This document shows, piece by piece, positions 37,637 through 51,219 of a stretch of DNA of 64,000 bases. How positions within the stretch are numbered: the first letter of the stretch is position 1; every line of letters starts with the position of its first letter. The notes beneath the pieces were generated by a model. It made no database searches, had not been told where the DNA came from, and saw only the letters and a list, made by a program, of their open reading frames with translations. This DNA is from Eledone cirrhosa (lineage: Eukaryota), in contig OZ024755.1 in NCBI GenBank assembly GCA_964016885.1, forward strand, positions 19,468,001-19,532,000, in the 5' to 3' direction. Both the position numbers and the translations under genes were made by a program.

Positions 37637-39370
37637 TGTGTGGAAGTGTGTGTGCAAGTGTATGGGTTTGTGTTTATTTACATGTGTGTGAATGTGTTTG
37701 CATAAGTATGCGAATGTATGTATGTATCTGTGAGTGTGTGTGTTTTCATGCATGTTTGTGCATGTTTGCATGTGTGTGCATGTGTGTACATTTGTATGTG
37801 TGTGTGTACATATGTTTTTACATGTTTGAATCTGTGTGTGCAAATGTGTGCGTGTATGCACTTGTTTTTCATCACATGTGTGTATGCACATGTGTGTATG
37901 CACATGTGAGAGTGTTCATGTGTGTGAGAGTGTTCATGTGTGTGAGTGTGTGCACATGTGAGTGTGTTCATGTGTGCGAGTGTGTGCACATGTGAGTGTG
38001 TGAGTGTGTGCATGTGTGTACTTGTTTCTTCACATGTGTGTGTGTGTGCACGTGTGTGTGTGTGTGTGTGTGCACGTGTGTGTGTGTGTGTGTGTACTTG
38101 TTTCTTCACATGTGTGTGTGCACATGTGTGTGTGTGTGCACGTATGTGTGTGTACACATGTGAGTGTGTTCATGTGTGTGCGTGTGTCTGTGCATGTGTG
38201 TACTTGTTTCTTCACATGTGTGTGTATGTGTGCATGTGTGTGTGTGCACGTGTGTGTGTGCACGTGTGTGTGTACTTGTGTGTGTGCATGTGCGGTTACT
38301 GATGTTTCATTCTGATGCCAGAAAGAAGTTGATGATTGCAGAAAGATGATGCAGTCATGCAAATGGCTGCACAGTGCTGCACAGGGATGCTTACTACTGC
38401 ACTATAGCTTATTAACTGATACTAGCAAGTATAATGCACATTTGTTCTATTTCAGATATTCTATGTGTGCATGTGTACGTGTGTGCATGTGTATGTGTGC
38501 ATGTGCATGTGTGTGTACGTGTACGCATGCATATGTGTGCATGTGCATGTGTGTGTGTGCATGTGTGTGTGCATGTGTGTGTGCATGTGTACGTGTGCAT
38601 GTGTACGTGTGCATGTGTACGTGTGTGCATGTGTACGTGTGTGCATGTGTACATGTGCATCCGTGTGTACATGTGTACATGTGCATGTGTGTGTGTGTAT
38701 GCGTGCATATGTGTGTGTGTGCATGTGTGTGTGTGTGCATGTGTGTGTATGTGTACGTGTGCATGTGTGTGTGTGCATGTGTGTGTATACATGTGTGTGT
38801 GTGCATAGAGGAGGTTATGTATGTACAGATGTTGGTTCCAAAGGCTATGCATGTGTGTACATGTGTAGTGTGTCAATATGTGTGTGAATGTGTGTGTGTG
38901 TGTGTGTGTGTGAATATATGTATGAATATGTGTGTATGAATGTGTGTGAATGAATGTCTGAATATGTGTGTGTGTTCGTATGTGCAATTATGTAAGTGTG
39001 AATGTGTGTATGTGAATGTGTGTGTGTGTGTATGTGAATATGAGTGTATGTGTGTGCATGAATATGTGTTTGTGAATATATGTGTATGTGTGTGTATGTG
39101 TGAATATGTGTGTATGTGTGTGTATGTGTGAATATATGTGTATATGTGTGTATGTGTGAATATGTGTGTATATGTGTGTATGCGTGAATATGTGTGTGTA
39201 TGTGTGTATATGTGTGTATATGTGTGTATATGTGTGTATATATGTGTGTATATGTATATGTGTATATGTATACGTGTATATGTATATGTGTGTATATCTG
39301 TATTTATGTCTATATGTGTATGTGTGTGTATATCTGTGTATTTATGTGTATATGTGTGTATATGCATGTG
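37637..39370. repeat. TG/TGCA/TA-rich low-complexity tracts with short unique islands
   Basis: Direct inspection. Confidence 0.9.
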
Positions 39371-40001
39371 CTGTATAGAGATTTACTTTAGATCATATAT
39401 TTTTTTGGGGTTTGAATGCAATGGAAAGGAAAAACATTCTAGATTTGAATTTAAAAGAGTTTCATTAGTCTCATGTAATTTAAAATTTTGACAGTTTTTG
39501 TCACTTTTAAGAGAAGGAAAATATATAAATGAATAAATAAAATATAAAAATTAAATAAAATAAATATAAAAATATATAAAATAATCAAAATAGAATAAAT
39601 ATAAAAATATATAAAATAATCAAAATAGAATAAATATAAAAATATATAAAATAATCAAAATAAAATATATAGAATAATCAAAACAAAATAAATAGTAAAA
39701 TATATAAAACAAGATCCTGATGAAACAACTAATTACTTAAAGTAAAAGTCAAACTAATATAAAAGGAATTATATAAAAAATATTAACATAACATGTAAAA
39801 AAATACGGAACTTTCTGACTGAAAGGATATGAGGAGAGTGTTACAAGCGAAGGGGTTAATGTGGCAGTGTTGGTGGAGGTATGAGGTAAATAGTGGTAGG
39901 GTGTTGGTGGCGGTATGAGGGAAATAATAGTAGGGTGTTGGCGGAGATATGAGGTAAATAATGGTAGAGTGTTGGTGGAGGTATGGAGGAATGCGGTAAA
40001 T

Positions 40002-40472
40002 CATTGTTTCTATTTTTGGCACAAGGCCAGCAATTACCCCAGTGCATTACTGGTTCTTTATTTTATCAACCCCGTAAGGATGAAAGGTAAAATTAACCTT
40101 GGCAGGATTTGAACTCAGACCACAAAGGGCTATAACTCTATGCTGCAAAGCATGGCGTCCAACCCTCTACTGATACTGCCAATCCATGTGCTAAGGGCCA
40201 TAACTCTATGCTGTAAAACATGGTGTCTGATGCTCTACTGATTGGTAGGTTGTTGGTGGAGGAATGAGGTAAATATTGGGAGGTTGTTGGTGGAGGAATG
40301 TAGGAATTAGGTAAATAATTTTTTCTACTTTTTAGCACAAGGCCAGCAATTACCCCAGTGCATTACTGGTGCTTTATTTTATCAACCCAGTGAGGATGAA
40401 AAGCAAAGTTAACCTCGGTGAGATTTGAACTCAGAACATAAAGGGCCATAACTCTATGCTGCAAAACATGGC
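40002..40472 (-). mobile_element. Two SINE family B copies (40002-40185, 40315-40472)
   Basis: Reverse-complement cores and heads. Confidence 0.8.
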
Positions 40473-40791
40473 AGAATTGTAAATGTTAAGACTGATTGGA
40501 GGCAACTTTAAAAAACAATATATTACATGGAAGTATCCCAAGCAAAATACAATCTTTCAAAATAAAATCACTTAACTGACTAGTAACACAATGAACAAGA
40601 AACTAAGCTATTTATCGCCTCTGAAATGTGGCATAATAGGTAATAAAATGGAGTTGAAAAAATATAAGCTTCTTCTTTCCTCATTATAAATATTCCATTT
40701 GATATCATTTAAGGAACCACGACATGGAGTGCTTAAGGTGGAACACATCATAGATTGGACTTTAAAAAAAATCAACAAATTACTATATAAA

Positions 40792-41010
40792 AAGCACCCC
40801 AGCCCACACTGTAAAGTGGATATGTAAAAGACATGGCAAAAAGCACCCAGCGCACACTGTCAATGTGGTTGGCGTTTGGAAGGGCATCCAGCCAGAAATA
40901 CTCCTATATGAGCAAAATATGGTGACCCGACCCAACTTACCTCTAAATGGGACAAACCCATCTAATCCATGCTAGCATGGAAGATGGACGTTAATCGATG
41001 ATGATGATAT
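40792..41010 (+). mobile_element. RTE 3' tail fragment
   Basis: AAAAGCACCCAG..CACACTGT modules, GGAAGGGCATCCAG, (GAT)n. Confidence 0.8.
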
Positions 41011-41194
41011 ATATAGAATAAGGAAATACAAAATAGCTTAGATGATAAAGTCTTTTATGTGGAAAATTCACGTTGAGTTCTTGAATTATATCAATGTTTT
41101 ACCGTAAGATAAATATATATATATATATAAATAAATATATATATATATAAATATATAAATATATATATATATAAATAAATATATATATATATAT

Positions 41195-41503
41195 ATATAA
41201 AGAAAAAAAGATGAAATCGAAAATGCAACTGGAGTCTTATTTAAAAAAATATATATATATTTATTTGGTTCCTTTACCGGTTTTGCAGTTCTTGTGGTGA
41301 TGTGAGAAAAACCACAGAACCTCTATCTCAACACTACTTTTGAAAAGCAGAAGAACTGCGAAACCGGTAAAGGAACCAAATAAATATATATATTTTTTAA
41401 AAAATAAGACTCCAGTTGCATTTTCGATTTCATCTTTTTTTCTTTATATTTTCACTCGTGTAGGACACCTCGGTTATTTTTCATTTTGTAAAAAAAACCT
41501 CAC

Positions 41504-41510
<7 letters not shown>
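41195..41510 (+). mobile_element. Fold-back pseudo-LTR-like element in (TA)n
   Basis: ~99-bp arms (41195-41293, 41351-41449), 57-bp spacer, AAGAACTGC-GAAACCGGTA half-hammerhead. Confidence 0.7.
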
Positions 41511-41536
<26 letters not shown>

Positions 41537-41537
<1 letters not shown>

Positions 41538-41874
41538 CATCATCATCATCATTTCATTTTACGTCCGCTTTTTCCCTGCTTGCAGGGGTGGGACGAGAAC
41601 TGATGCTGGCTTGATTTCTACAGCTGGATGCCCTTCCTAACACCAACCTCATTTACAGTGAGTGGTGGGTGCTTTATTGCCGTGGCACCTCCACGACCAC
41701 TTCGCAGTGGAATGATATGGACCCCAGTCCTATCATCTCATTTCTACAGCTGAGTAAACTGTAGCAATGTAAAATAAAGTGTCTTGCTCAAGGAAACAAC
41801 ACATCACCCGGTCTGAGAATTGAACTCACAACCTTTCGATTGCAAGGCCAATGCTCTAACCACTAAGCCATGTG

Positions 41875-41878
<4 letters not shown>
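41537..41878 (-). mobile_element. SINE family A
   Basis: Full reverse-complement copy. Confidence 0.9.
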
Positions 41879-41932
<54 letters not shown>

Positions 41933-42225
41933 ATATAATAGTAATAGGTATAGTCCAGGAAAAAACAGGAATGACTAGGCAAGAAGTGTTAAGGAACAAA
42001 CTCTTAATAAATTTCTCCTTCTAACCACTTCTTGCATACTCACTCCCATTTTTTCCTAGTACTATAACTATTATTATTATAAATACTCTGTAATTTTTCC
42101 TTGGAAACTGAGCCATAAACTCTTTAATTGGATTATTACTGTATATCCTGCAAAAATATTTTGGTAAGCAATCTTCCATATTTATTTTGTTTGCACACTT
42201 GATTCGCACAAACAAAATTATCTTG

Positions 42226-42291
<66 letters not shown>

Positions 42292-42382
42292 TAATAATAA
42301 AAAATGTGAAGACTAAAATCCAAAGAGGGCTCGATAAGGATTATATATATATATATAAATACATATAAAAACCATAGAGCAA

Positions 42383-42508
42383 ATATTTATTAAAAGAACA
42401 GATTAAAGTTTAAGCAAAGAATCGCTGCTTTCACCCTTCAGAAGATCCCGTTAACGGTAAAAGCAGTGATTCTTTGCTTAAACTTTAATCTGTTATTTTA
42501 ATAAATAT
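42383..42508. repeat. ~49-bp-arm inverted repeat with degenerate hammerhead-like centre
   Basis: CAGAAGA-TCCCGTTAACGG-TAAAAGCAGT at the centre; AT-rich flanks. Confidence 0.7.
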
Positions 42509-43149
42509 ACATATATATATACACACACACACACACATATATATATATATCTATCACTACAAATGTGGTTGGTGTTAGGAAGGGCATCATCCAGCCATAA
42601 AAACTAAGCTAGAAACAGCTCTCTATGAGCAAGACATGGTCATCTGATCTGACTTGTCTAACAAATTTAGGACAACTCCTCTAACCCAATGCTAGTATGG
42701 AAAAGTGGATGTTAAACAATGATGATAAGGATGATGATCATGATACATAGTGGGAAATTCCCAGTAGTGAAAGAAACATGTCTACCTTGTAGATGTCATT
42801 TTTAATTATTTTATTGGTTCTCCACAGGAAGAAATGGTAAATTGAATCAGAACAGGACATTTGTTAAGTCAGAAAGTACAGGGATGATACTAGACATTTA
42901 AAAATAAATATCTGTAAAATGTTTAGTATCATCTCACTTAATAAATGTCCTGTTGTGATCGAATCTGTCATTTCACTACTGTTTTTACAACCTTACTGCT
43001 CTTAGAACCATTGGATATTTTTCTTATATTTCTTTCTTGACTAATTACAGTTAAAAAAACATGTAATTTCTGTTTCCTTCACTCCTCTCCAGTTGGTCTT
43101 TTAACATATCCTATTAATAAAATTTGTAAAAAAATGATTATAAAGTACA

Positions 43150-43375
43150 GTGGGTGAAGAAGTGCCAGGAAATGCAAGTGGAAGGAAGCCACAGTTGAGG
43201 TAGATCAAGAAAGATCTGGGCAGAGGTAGTGAAAGCTGACCTCAAATCGCCAAGACTGACAGAGGAGATGACAAAAGAAAGTGGCAAATGGATGGAGAGA
43301 TGCTGTGCTGAGAAAAACCTGTCCAACTCACACAAGCGTGGAAAAACGGATGTAAAAACGATGATGATGATGATA
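43150..43375 (+). mobile_element. Decayed RTE 3' fragment
   Basis: GGTAGATCAAGAAAGATCTGG (GRSRKIW) and GCGTGGAAAAACGGATGTAAAA-(GAT)n. Confidence 0.7.
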
Positions 43376-43869
43376 CCATTTATCTAGACTTCGAGTTATT
43401 TTACTGTCACTTAATGAAAAAGAACTAAATGATTCTTCTTGTACTTATTTTCCTAAAAACCTTATAAGTAGTTGGCATTTTAAAATGTCATTTCATTGTA
43501 AGTGAAAAGCAAAGGACAATAAAAAATTTACTTAAATCTATCTGAAATAAGCTTTCAATGAACTTTCATTTATTATCTGAGAAAATATTCTACCTGGAGT
43601 AAGAGTAGGTGCTGAACAGTAGCTGAATAAGAAATGATTTGAGAATGTTTCTTCTTATAGATGTTGACTGAAAGGGTTGATAGCTTAAAAATACACACAC
43701 ACATGTACACCAGGTCTGAATACAGAGGAGCAAAACTCCCACTGTCATTGCTTCCATCTCTCTTGCCCTCCACATATCTCACTATTATGAGCAAATGGGG
43801 TCTCATGTGCTGGCCACTCCGTGGCCCCACCAGACAGAATAGAGAAGGCTGGATGTAGTTGCAGTTTTT

Positions 43870-44995
43870 GTCAGGCCCAGTGGTACTACATGGTGAATTA
43901 GACAGCTCTCTAGTGTACAAGGCTGAAAAGTTCTTCTCCTGAAAAGTTCTTCCTGGGAAAGTCATAGGGTAGGTTCCTCAAACACATCTTCCAGCAAGTT
44001 CCGTCAGGCCCAGTGGTACTACATGGTGAATTAGACAGCTCTCTAGTGTACAAGGCTGAAAAGTTCTTCTCCTGAAAAGTTCTTCCTGGGAAAGTCATGG
44101 GGTAGGTTCCTCAAACACATCTTCCAGCAAGTTCCGCCAGGCCCAGTGGTACTACATGGTGAATTAGACAGCTCTCTAGTGTACAAGGCTGAAAAGTTCT
44201 TCTCCTGAAAAGTTCTTCCTGGGAAAGTCATGGGGTAGGTTCCTCAAACACATCTTCCAGCAAGTTCCGTCAGGCCCAGTGGTACTACATGGTGAATTAG
44301 ACAGCTCTCTAGTGTACAAGGCTGAAAAGTTCTTCTTCTGAAAAGTTCTTCCTGGGAAAGTCATGGGGTAGGTTCCTCAAACACATCTTCCAGCAAGTTC
44401 TGTCAGGCCCAGTGGTACTACATGGTGAATTAGACAGCTCTCTAGTGTACAAGGCTGAAAAGTTCTTCTCCTGAAAAGTTCTTCCTGGGAAAGTCATGGG
44501 GTAGGTTCCTCAAACACATCTTCCAGCAAGTTCCGTCAGGCCCAGTGGTACTACATGGTGAATTAGACAGCTCTCTAGTGTACAAGGCTGAAAAGTTCTT
44601 CTCCTGAAAAGTTCTTCCTGGGAAAGTCATGGGGTAGGTTCCTCAAACACATCTTCCAGCAAGTTCCGTCAGACCCAGTGGTACTACATGGTGAATTAGA
44701 CAGCTCTCTAGTGTACAAGGCTGAAAAGTTCTTCTCCTGAAAAGTTCTTCCTGGGAAAGTCATGGGGTAGGTTCCTCAAACACATCTTCCAGCAAGTTCC
44801 GTCAGACCCAGTGGTACTACATGGTGAATTAGACAGCTCTCTAGTGTACAAGGCTGAAAAGTTCTTCTCCTGAAAAGTTCTTCCTGGGAAAGTCATGGGG
44901 TAGGTGCCTCAAACACACCTTCCAGCAAGTCCTGTCAGGCCCAGTGGTACTACATGGTCAATTAAGCAGCTCTCTAGTGTATAAGCCTGGAAAGT
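43870..44995. repeat. 133-bp tandem array, ~8.4 near-identical copies
   Basis: ORF track repeats at 133-bp offsets; terminal unit diverged. Confidence 0.97.
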
Positions 44996-45227
44996 TATTT
45001 TACTAACTGGAAGGCATACATGAGGACTCTGCCTCGATGCCCCTCTAGAGAACAAGAACAACTAAGTAGTGCATTTCATTAGAATTAGACAGGAAAAGGT
45101 TAAACTATTTTCCCTCACTATTCCATTGCATCATCCTCCCTAAAGACAACAATATTTGCTGATTAATAAAGATATAAGATACTGTGTGAGTGTAGAAAGA
45201 ATAACTATTTTACAAGTGTGAATAATA

Positions 45228-45408
45228 ACTGTTTCTACTTTTGGCACAAGGCCAGCAATTACCCAGTACATTACTGGTACTCTATTTTACCGACCCCGTA
45301 AGGATGAAGGGCAAAGTGAACCTCGACGGGATTTGAACTCAGACCGTAAAGGGACGTAACTATGCTGGAAAGCATGGCGTCCGACTCTCTACCGATACTG
45401 CCAATAAT
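45228..45408 (-). mobile_element. SINE family B
   Basis: Reverse-complement copy. Confidence 0.85.
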
Positions 45409-45603
45409 AAGACAGGAGAATTCAGATGAAAATAGTTTTGTATCCATATGGAAACTCAATGATGATTTGCAGATATATATTGTGTGAAGAGGTTGGTTGA
45501 GTTTAGTTTCTTCTGAGAATATAAATATACATTATATATATACATTATACATACACACAAACACACATATATATATATATATATACATTATACATACACA
45601 CAA

Positions 45604-45667
<64 letters not shown>

Positions 45668-46066
45668 TATACATACACACAAACACATATATATATATAT
45701 AGAGTTATAAACTCAAACAGTCTTTTACAATTAAATAGCTCAAAGAAAGAGGTATTTCTGAGCTGTGAAATACAAATTAATATAAATTAATATATGATAA
45801 ACACTAATACAATTATATAAGTGTTTGCATTGCAAATGACCAAGTTAGCTAGATTGAAAAATACTAATTAAATTAATACAGTTTGCCTGTCTCGATTTAA
45901 AATAATAAATCAATGAAAACAAACCCATATTGGCAATAGCCGTGATACCTGGACAAATTGAAATTTCAAAACCCAAACCTCTTCCGCAGACAAATTTAAA
46001 TTTCAAAACCCAATTTGTAATTTGTCTATATATATATATATATATACATTATACATACACACAAAC

Positions 46067-46097
<31 letters not shown>

Positions 46098-46099
46098 TA

Positions 46100-46350
46100 G
46101 TTGTGGCAACTCTTAAACAAACCTCAATTAATAAGAAATACATCAACCTACTGAAAGAAACTTACACCAACTCAATAGCATATATCAAAACAGATCTGGT
46201 CACTACACAGTGTAGGCATGTTGGAAGGAGTTAAACAGGGTGATGTACTATTAGCACTTCTTTTCAGTATCATTATGACTGCACTTATTTAACTAACTGA
46301 AGCAGAAAGCTCTGGCTATCAAATAGTAAGTAAAGTCCTGTAAAATCTTA
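46100..46350 (+). mobile_element. Decayed RT fragment (RTE-like)
   Basis: KKYINLLKETYTNS...GVKQGDVL motifs. Confidence 0.6.
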
Positions 46351-47267
46351 GCTTAACCCATGCTAGCCTGGAAGATAGATGTTAAACAATGATGATGATG
46401 ATAATATAATACTTTTGGCACAAGGCCAGCAATTATCTCACCGTATTACTGGTACTTTATTTTATCGACCCTGTAAGGATGAAAGGTAAAGTTAACCTCG
46501 GCAGGATTTGAACTCACCGAGGTTAATTTTGCCGATTATAATATAATATATAGGAATGTGTTTTGAATAACATGGGTTGAAAACCACTTTGGTGCAAAAA
46601 AATGGAAAATGGAAAATGGAAAATACAAAAAATGGAAAATACAAAATGGAAAATACAAAAAATGGAAAATACAAAACCGGAAAAAAAAGACAAAAATGTA
46701 CTAACCATTTCAATAACTATTAAACTCCTGGACAACCTACAGTTTGTCAGACATGCATATATTATATTACAAAGAGCCCAGTTTTTATACTTTGAGCTCA
46801 ATAATTACAGGATATTAACGCGACTTTCTAACTCCATTTTCCATTTATATATATGTGTGTATGTGTGTGTGTGTGTACCCAGCCCACACTGTAAAGTGGT
46901 CGCATAAGTGTCATAACCAAAAGCACCCAGTCCACACTGGTGGTGATGATGATGATGATGATGATAGCTTTCTTGATCATAATTTATTGGGAGATAAACA
47001 ACAGCAATTTCTTTCTACTTCAAATTTTCTACAAGATTTCTAAGCATATTTTTTTACCCTTACTCTCAGGTCTCGAATAATCATCCCCACCACTTATTAA
47101 TTTTTCAGACCCCCCCCCGCATCTTATTCTTCCCCCTCATTCTTATTCCACCCCATCCCCCACCCCTGGGGACAACCTAGAAAAATTACCAATTTTCCAA
47201 CCACAACCACTTATTCCCTCACCCCACATCAATCAGAAGCCTGAGAGCATGCAAACATTTATTTTAT

Positions 47268-47757
47268 AATAATTGTTTCTACTTTAGGCACAAGGCCAGC
47301 AATTACCCAGTGCATTACTGGTACTTTATTTTATCGACCCCGTAAGGATGAAAGGCAAAGTCAACCTCGGCGGGATTTGAACTCAGATCGTAAAGGGACG
47401 TAACTATGCTGGAAAGCATGGTGCCTGACCCTCTACCGACACTGCCAATCCACCGCCCTCGTTTTTTTATAATAATGGTTGTCTAACCCATGCTAGCGTG
47501 GAAGATAGACGTTAAACGATGATGATGATGATGATGGTTGTTTCTGATTTAGGCACAAGGCCAGCAAATTTTTTTGAGAGGGTAAAGTCGATTAAATTGA
47601 CCCCCAGTGTGTAACTGGTCCTTTATTTTATCGACCCCGTAAAAAATGAAAGGAAAAGCTAACCTCCGTGGGATTTGAATGCAGAACGTAAAGGGCCGTA
47701 ACTCTTTGCTACAAACGTTGTCCAGCACTCAACTGATACTGCCAATCCACCTCCCTC
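47268..47757 (-). mobile_element. Two SINE family B copies (47268-47460, 47538-47757) around a 50-bp RTE tail
   Basis: Reverse-complement full-length copies. Confidence 0.85.
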
Positions 47758-47887
47758 ATATATTTTATAATAATAAAAAAAATATTTCAGGTTTGCTTCA
47801 ATATGAAGAGCCACTGTTTTAATATTCATTTTATACATTTGTAATACTACATTTAGTATATATCAGTTTTATGTTTCTCTCACAGTG

Positions 47888-48185
47888 GTGTGTGTGTATG
47901 CGTGAGTGTGTGTATGCGTGAGTGTATGTATGCACGAGTTTATGTATGTATGTATGAGTGTATGCGTGTGTATGTGTGTATGCGTGTGTGTGTATGTATG
48001 TATGAATTTATGTATGTATGTATGAGTGTGTGTGTGTGTGTATGTATGTATGCGTGTGTATGTGTGTATGCGTGTGTGTGTATGTATGTATGTATGTATG
48101 AATTTATGTATGTATGTATGTATGAGTGTGTGTGTATGTATGTATGTATGTATGCGAGTGCGAGTGTGTGTGTGCGTGTATGTAT
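47888..48185. repeat. TG/TATG microsatellite
   Basis: Direct inspection. Confidence 0.9.
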
Positions 48186-48612
48186 TTTACAATAGAACAT
48201 GTTTGTCTGATTAACATCTGTCAGCTGTTCACTTGTGCAAAGGTGTGGTACCATGTTCCATATACCCTAAGATATGTAGCTGGAGTGAACTGGTGTCAAC
48301 AGCTGGCTGTCATCAATAAAATTCATGTAATTGATTTGAAAATCAACTTTTGCTGTTCAAACTTAATTTAATTATATATTCTGATTCTGTTTTATTGAAC
48401 ACCTTCCCTCTTGGGTAGAAACTATCAAGTGGCTATTGATTTAGTATTGGAGAGGTGGATCTATTGGCAAAGCATGGATTGTTATTCAGAGATTCTTGTG
48501 TGTTGTCACCTGCTTCAAAGAAATGTCTTTGATAAGAGGGGTGAATCTATGGATGAAGACTGGATTGTATTTTATTCACAGATTGTGTTGGTATCACAAA
48601 AAAAAAAAAAAA

Positions 48613-50275
48613 GAAAGCACCCAGTCCCCACTGTAAAGTGGTCGTTATGGTGCCATGATAAAAAGCACCCAGTCCCCACTGTAAAGTGGTCGTTATGGTG
48701 CCATGATAAAAAGCACCCAGTCCCCACTGTAAAGTGGTCGTTATGGTGCCATGATTAAAAGCACCCAGTCCACACTGTAAAGTGGTTATTATGGTGCCAT
48801 GATTAAAAGCACCCAGTCCACACTGTAAAGTGGTCGTTATGGTGCCATGATTAAAAGCACCCAGTCCCCACTGTAAAGTGGTCATTATGGTGCCATGATT
48901 AAAAGCACCCAGTCCTCACAGTAAAGTGGTCGTTATGGTGCCATGATAAAAAAGCTCCCAGTCCCCACTGTAAAGTGGTTATTATGGTGCCATGATTAAA
49001 AGCACCCAGTCCACACTGTAAAGTGGTCGTTATGGTGCCATGATTAAAAGCACCCAGTCCCCACTGTAAAGTGGTCATTATGGTGCCATGATAAAAAGCA
49101 CCCAGTCCTCACAGTAAAGTGGTCGTTATGGTGCCATGATAAAAAAGCTCCCAGTCCCCACTGTAAAGTGGTCGTTATGGTGCCATGATAAAAAAGCCCC
49201 CAGTCCACACTGTAAAGTGGTCGTTATGGTACCATGATAAAAAAGCTCCCAGTCCACACTGTAAAGTGGTCGTTATGGTGCCATGATAAAAAGCACCCAG
49301 TCCACACTGTAAAGTGGTCGTTATGGTGCCATGATAAAAAGCACCCAGTCCCCACTGTAAAGTGGTCGTTATGGTGCCATGATAAAAAGCCCCCAGTCCC
49401 CACTGTAAAGTGGTCATTATGGTGCCATGATAAAAAGCACCCAGTCCACACTGAAAAGTGGTCGTTATGGTGCCATGATAAAAAGCCCCCAGTCCCCCCT
49501 GTAAAGTGGTCGTTATGGTGCCATGATAAAAAGCACCCAGTCCCCACTGTAAAGTGGTCGTTATGGTGCCATGATAAAAAGCCCCCAGTCCCCACTGTAA
49601 AGTGGTCGTTATGGTGCCATGATTAAAAGCACCCAGTCCACACTGTAAAGTGGTCGTTATGGTGCCATGATAAAACTCACCCAGTCCCCACTGTAAAGTG
49701 GTCGTTATGGTGCCATGATAAAAAGCACCCAGTCCCCACTGTAAAGTGGTCATTATGGTGCCATGATAAAAAGCACCCAGTCCACACTGTAAAGTGGTCA
49801 TTATGGTGCCATGATAAAAAGCCCCCAGTCCCCACTGTAAAGTGGTCGTTATGGTGCCATGATAAAAAGCACCCAGTCCACACTGTAAAGTGGTCGTTAT
49901 GGTACCATGATAAAAAGTATCCAGTCCCCACTGTAAAGTGGTCGTTATGGTGCCATGATAAAAAGCACCCAGTCCACACTGTAAAGTGGTTATTATGGTG
50001 CCATGATAAAAAGCACCCGGACCACACTGTAAAGTGGTCGTTATGGTACCATGATAAAAAGCATCCAGTCCCCACTGTAAAGTGGTCGTTATGGTGCCAT
50101 GATAAAAAGCACCCAGTCCCCACTGTAAAGTGGTCGTTATGGTGCCATGATAAAAAGCACCCAGTCCACACTGTAAAGTGGTCGTTATGGTGCCATGATA
50201 AAAAGCACCCAGTCCACACTGTAAAGTGGTTATTATGGTGCCATGATAAAAAGCACCCAGACCACACTGTAAATG
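48613..50275 (+). repeat. 48-bp tandem array, ~34 copies, derived from RTE 3'-tail module
   Basis: GCACCCAGTCC(C/A)CACTGTAAAGTGGTCGTTATGGTGCCATGATAAAAA; continues into GGTTGGAGTTAGGAAGGGCATCCAG. Confidence 0.97.
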
Positions 50276-50507
50276 TGGTTGGAGTTAGGAAGGGCATCCA
50301 GCCTTAGAAACCAAGCCAGAAACAATTGTTTCACCTTATGTGGATCTTCAGCTTGGACTGGTCTGAGAAGATCCGCTTAAGGGGAAACAATTGTTCTCGG
50401 TATGGTGAACTAACTGTTGTGTTACTACTTCTACCAAACTCGTCCCATGGACTGAGTGCTCTACCACTACGGATATTACCTTCCAGTGTTTCTCTCTCTC
50501 TCTCTCT

Positions 50508-50850
50508 ATCATCATCATCATTTCATTTTATGTCCGCTTTTCCCTGCTTGCAAGGGTGGGACGGGAACTGATTCTGGCTTGATTTCTACAGCTGGATGCC
50601 CTTCCTAACAACGACCTCATTTACAGTGAGTGCTAGGTGCTTTTTTGCCGTGGCGCCTACACATCCACTTTGTAGTGGAATGATAGGGACTCCAGTCCCT
50701 ATCATCTCATTTCTACAGCTGAGTAAACTGGAGCAATATGAAATAAAGTGTCTTGCTCAAGGAAACAACACATCACCCGGTCTGAGAATTGAACTTACAA
50801 CCTTTCGATTGCAAGGCCAATGCTCTAACCACTAAGCCATGTGCCTCCAT
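50508..50850 (-). mobile_element. SINE family A
   Basis: Full reverse-complement copy. Confidence 0.9.
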
Positions 50851-51024
50851 ATATATATATATATATAACCTGGCCACTGAAATGTACATAGTGTTTGCAG
50901 AAATGTTAGCAGGATTCAACATCAAAGATGGATGAGTCACATAACATTGAGTGCTTTCCACCTAGTACATCATGATTAACATTGCAGAATTATCAATTCT
51001 ACCCAATGGTGAATCACAAGATAA

Positions 51025-51219
51025 ATAATTGTTTCTACTTTTTGGCACAAGGCCAGCAATTACCCAGTGCATTACTGGTACTTTATTTTATCGACCCCGT
51101 AAGGATGAAAGGCAAAGTTAACCTCGGCGGGATTTGAACTCAGAATGGCAAAGACTGTAACTCTATGCGTCAAAGCATGGCGTCCGACCCTCTACCGATA
51201 CTGCCAATCCATCGCCCTC
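51025..51219 (-). mobile_element. SINE family B, full length
   Basis: Reverse-complement copy. Confidence 0.85.

Noticed and set aside
39715-39760. CTGATGA possible hammerhead
   Set aside because: No stem II followed by GAAA
42830-42975. Imperfect inverted repeat
   Set aside because: Too decayed to define ends or target duplication; probably an old MITE
43594-43667. Minus-strand exon candidate STSIRRNILKSFLIQLLFSTYSYS
   Set aside because: Weak donor (GTAGAA) and no recognised homology
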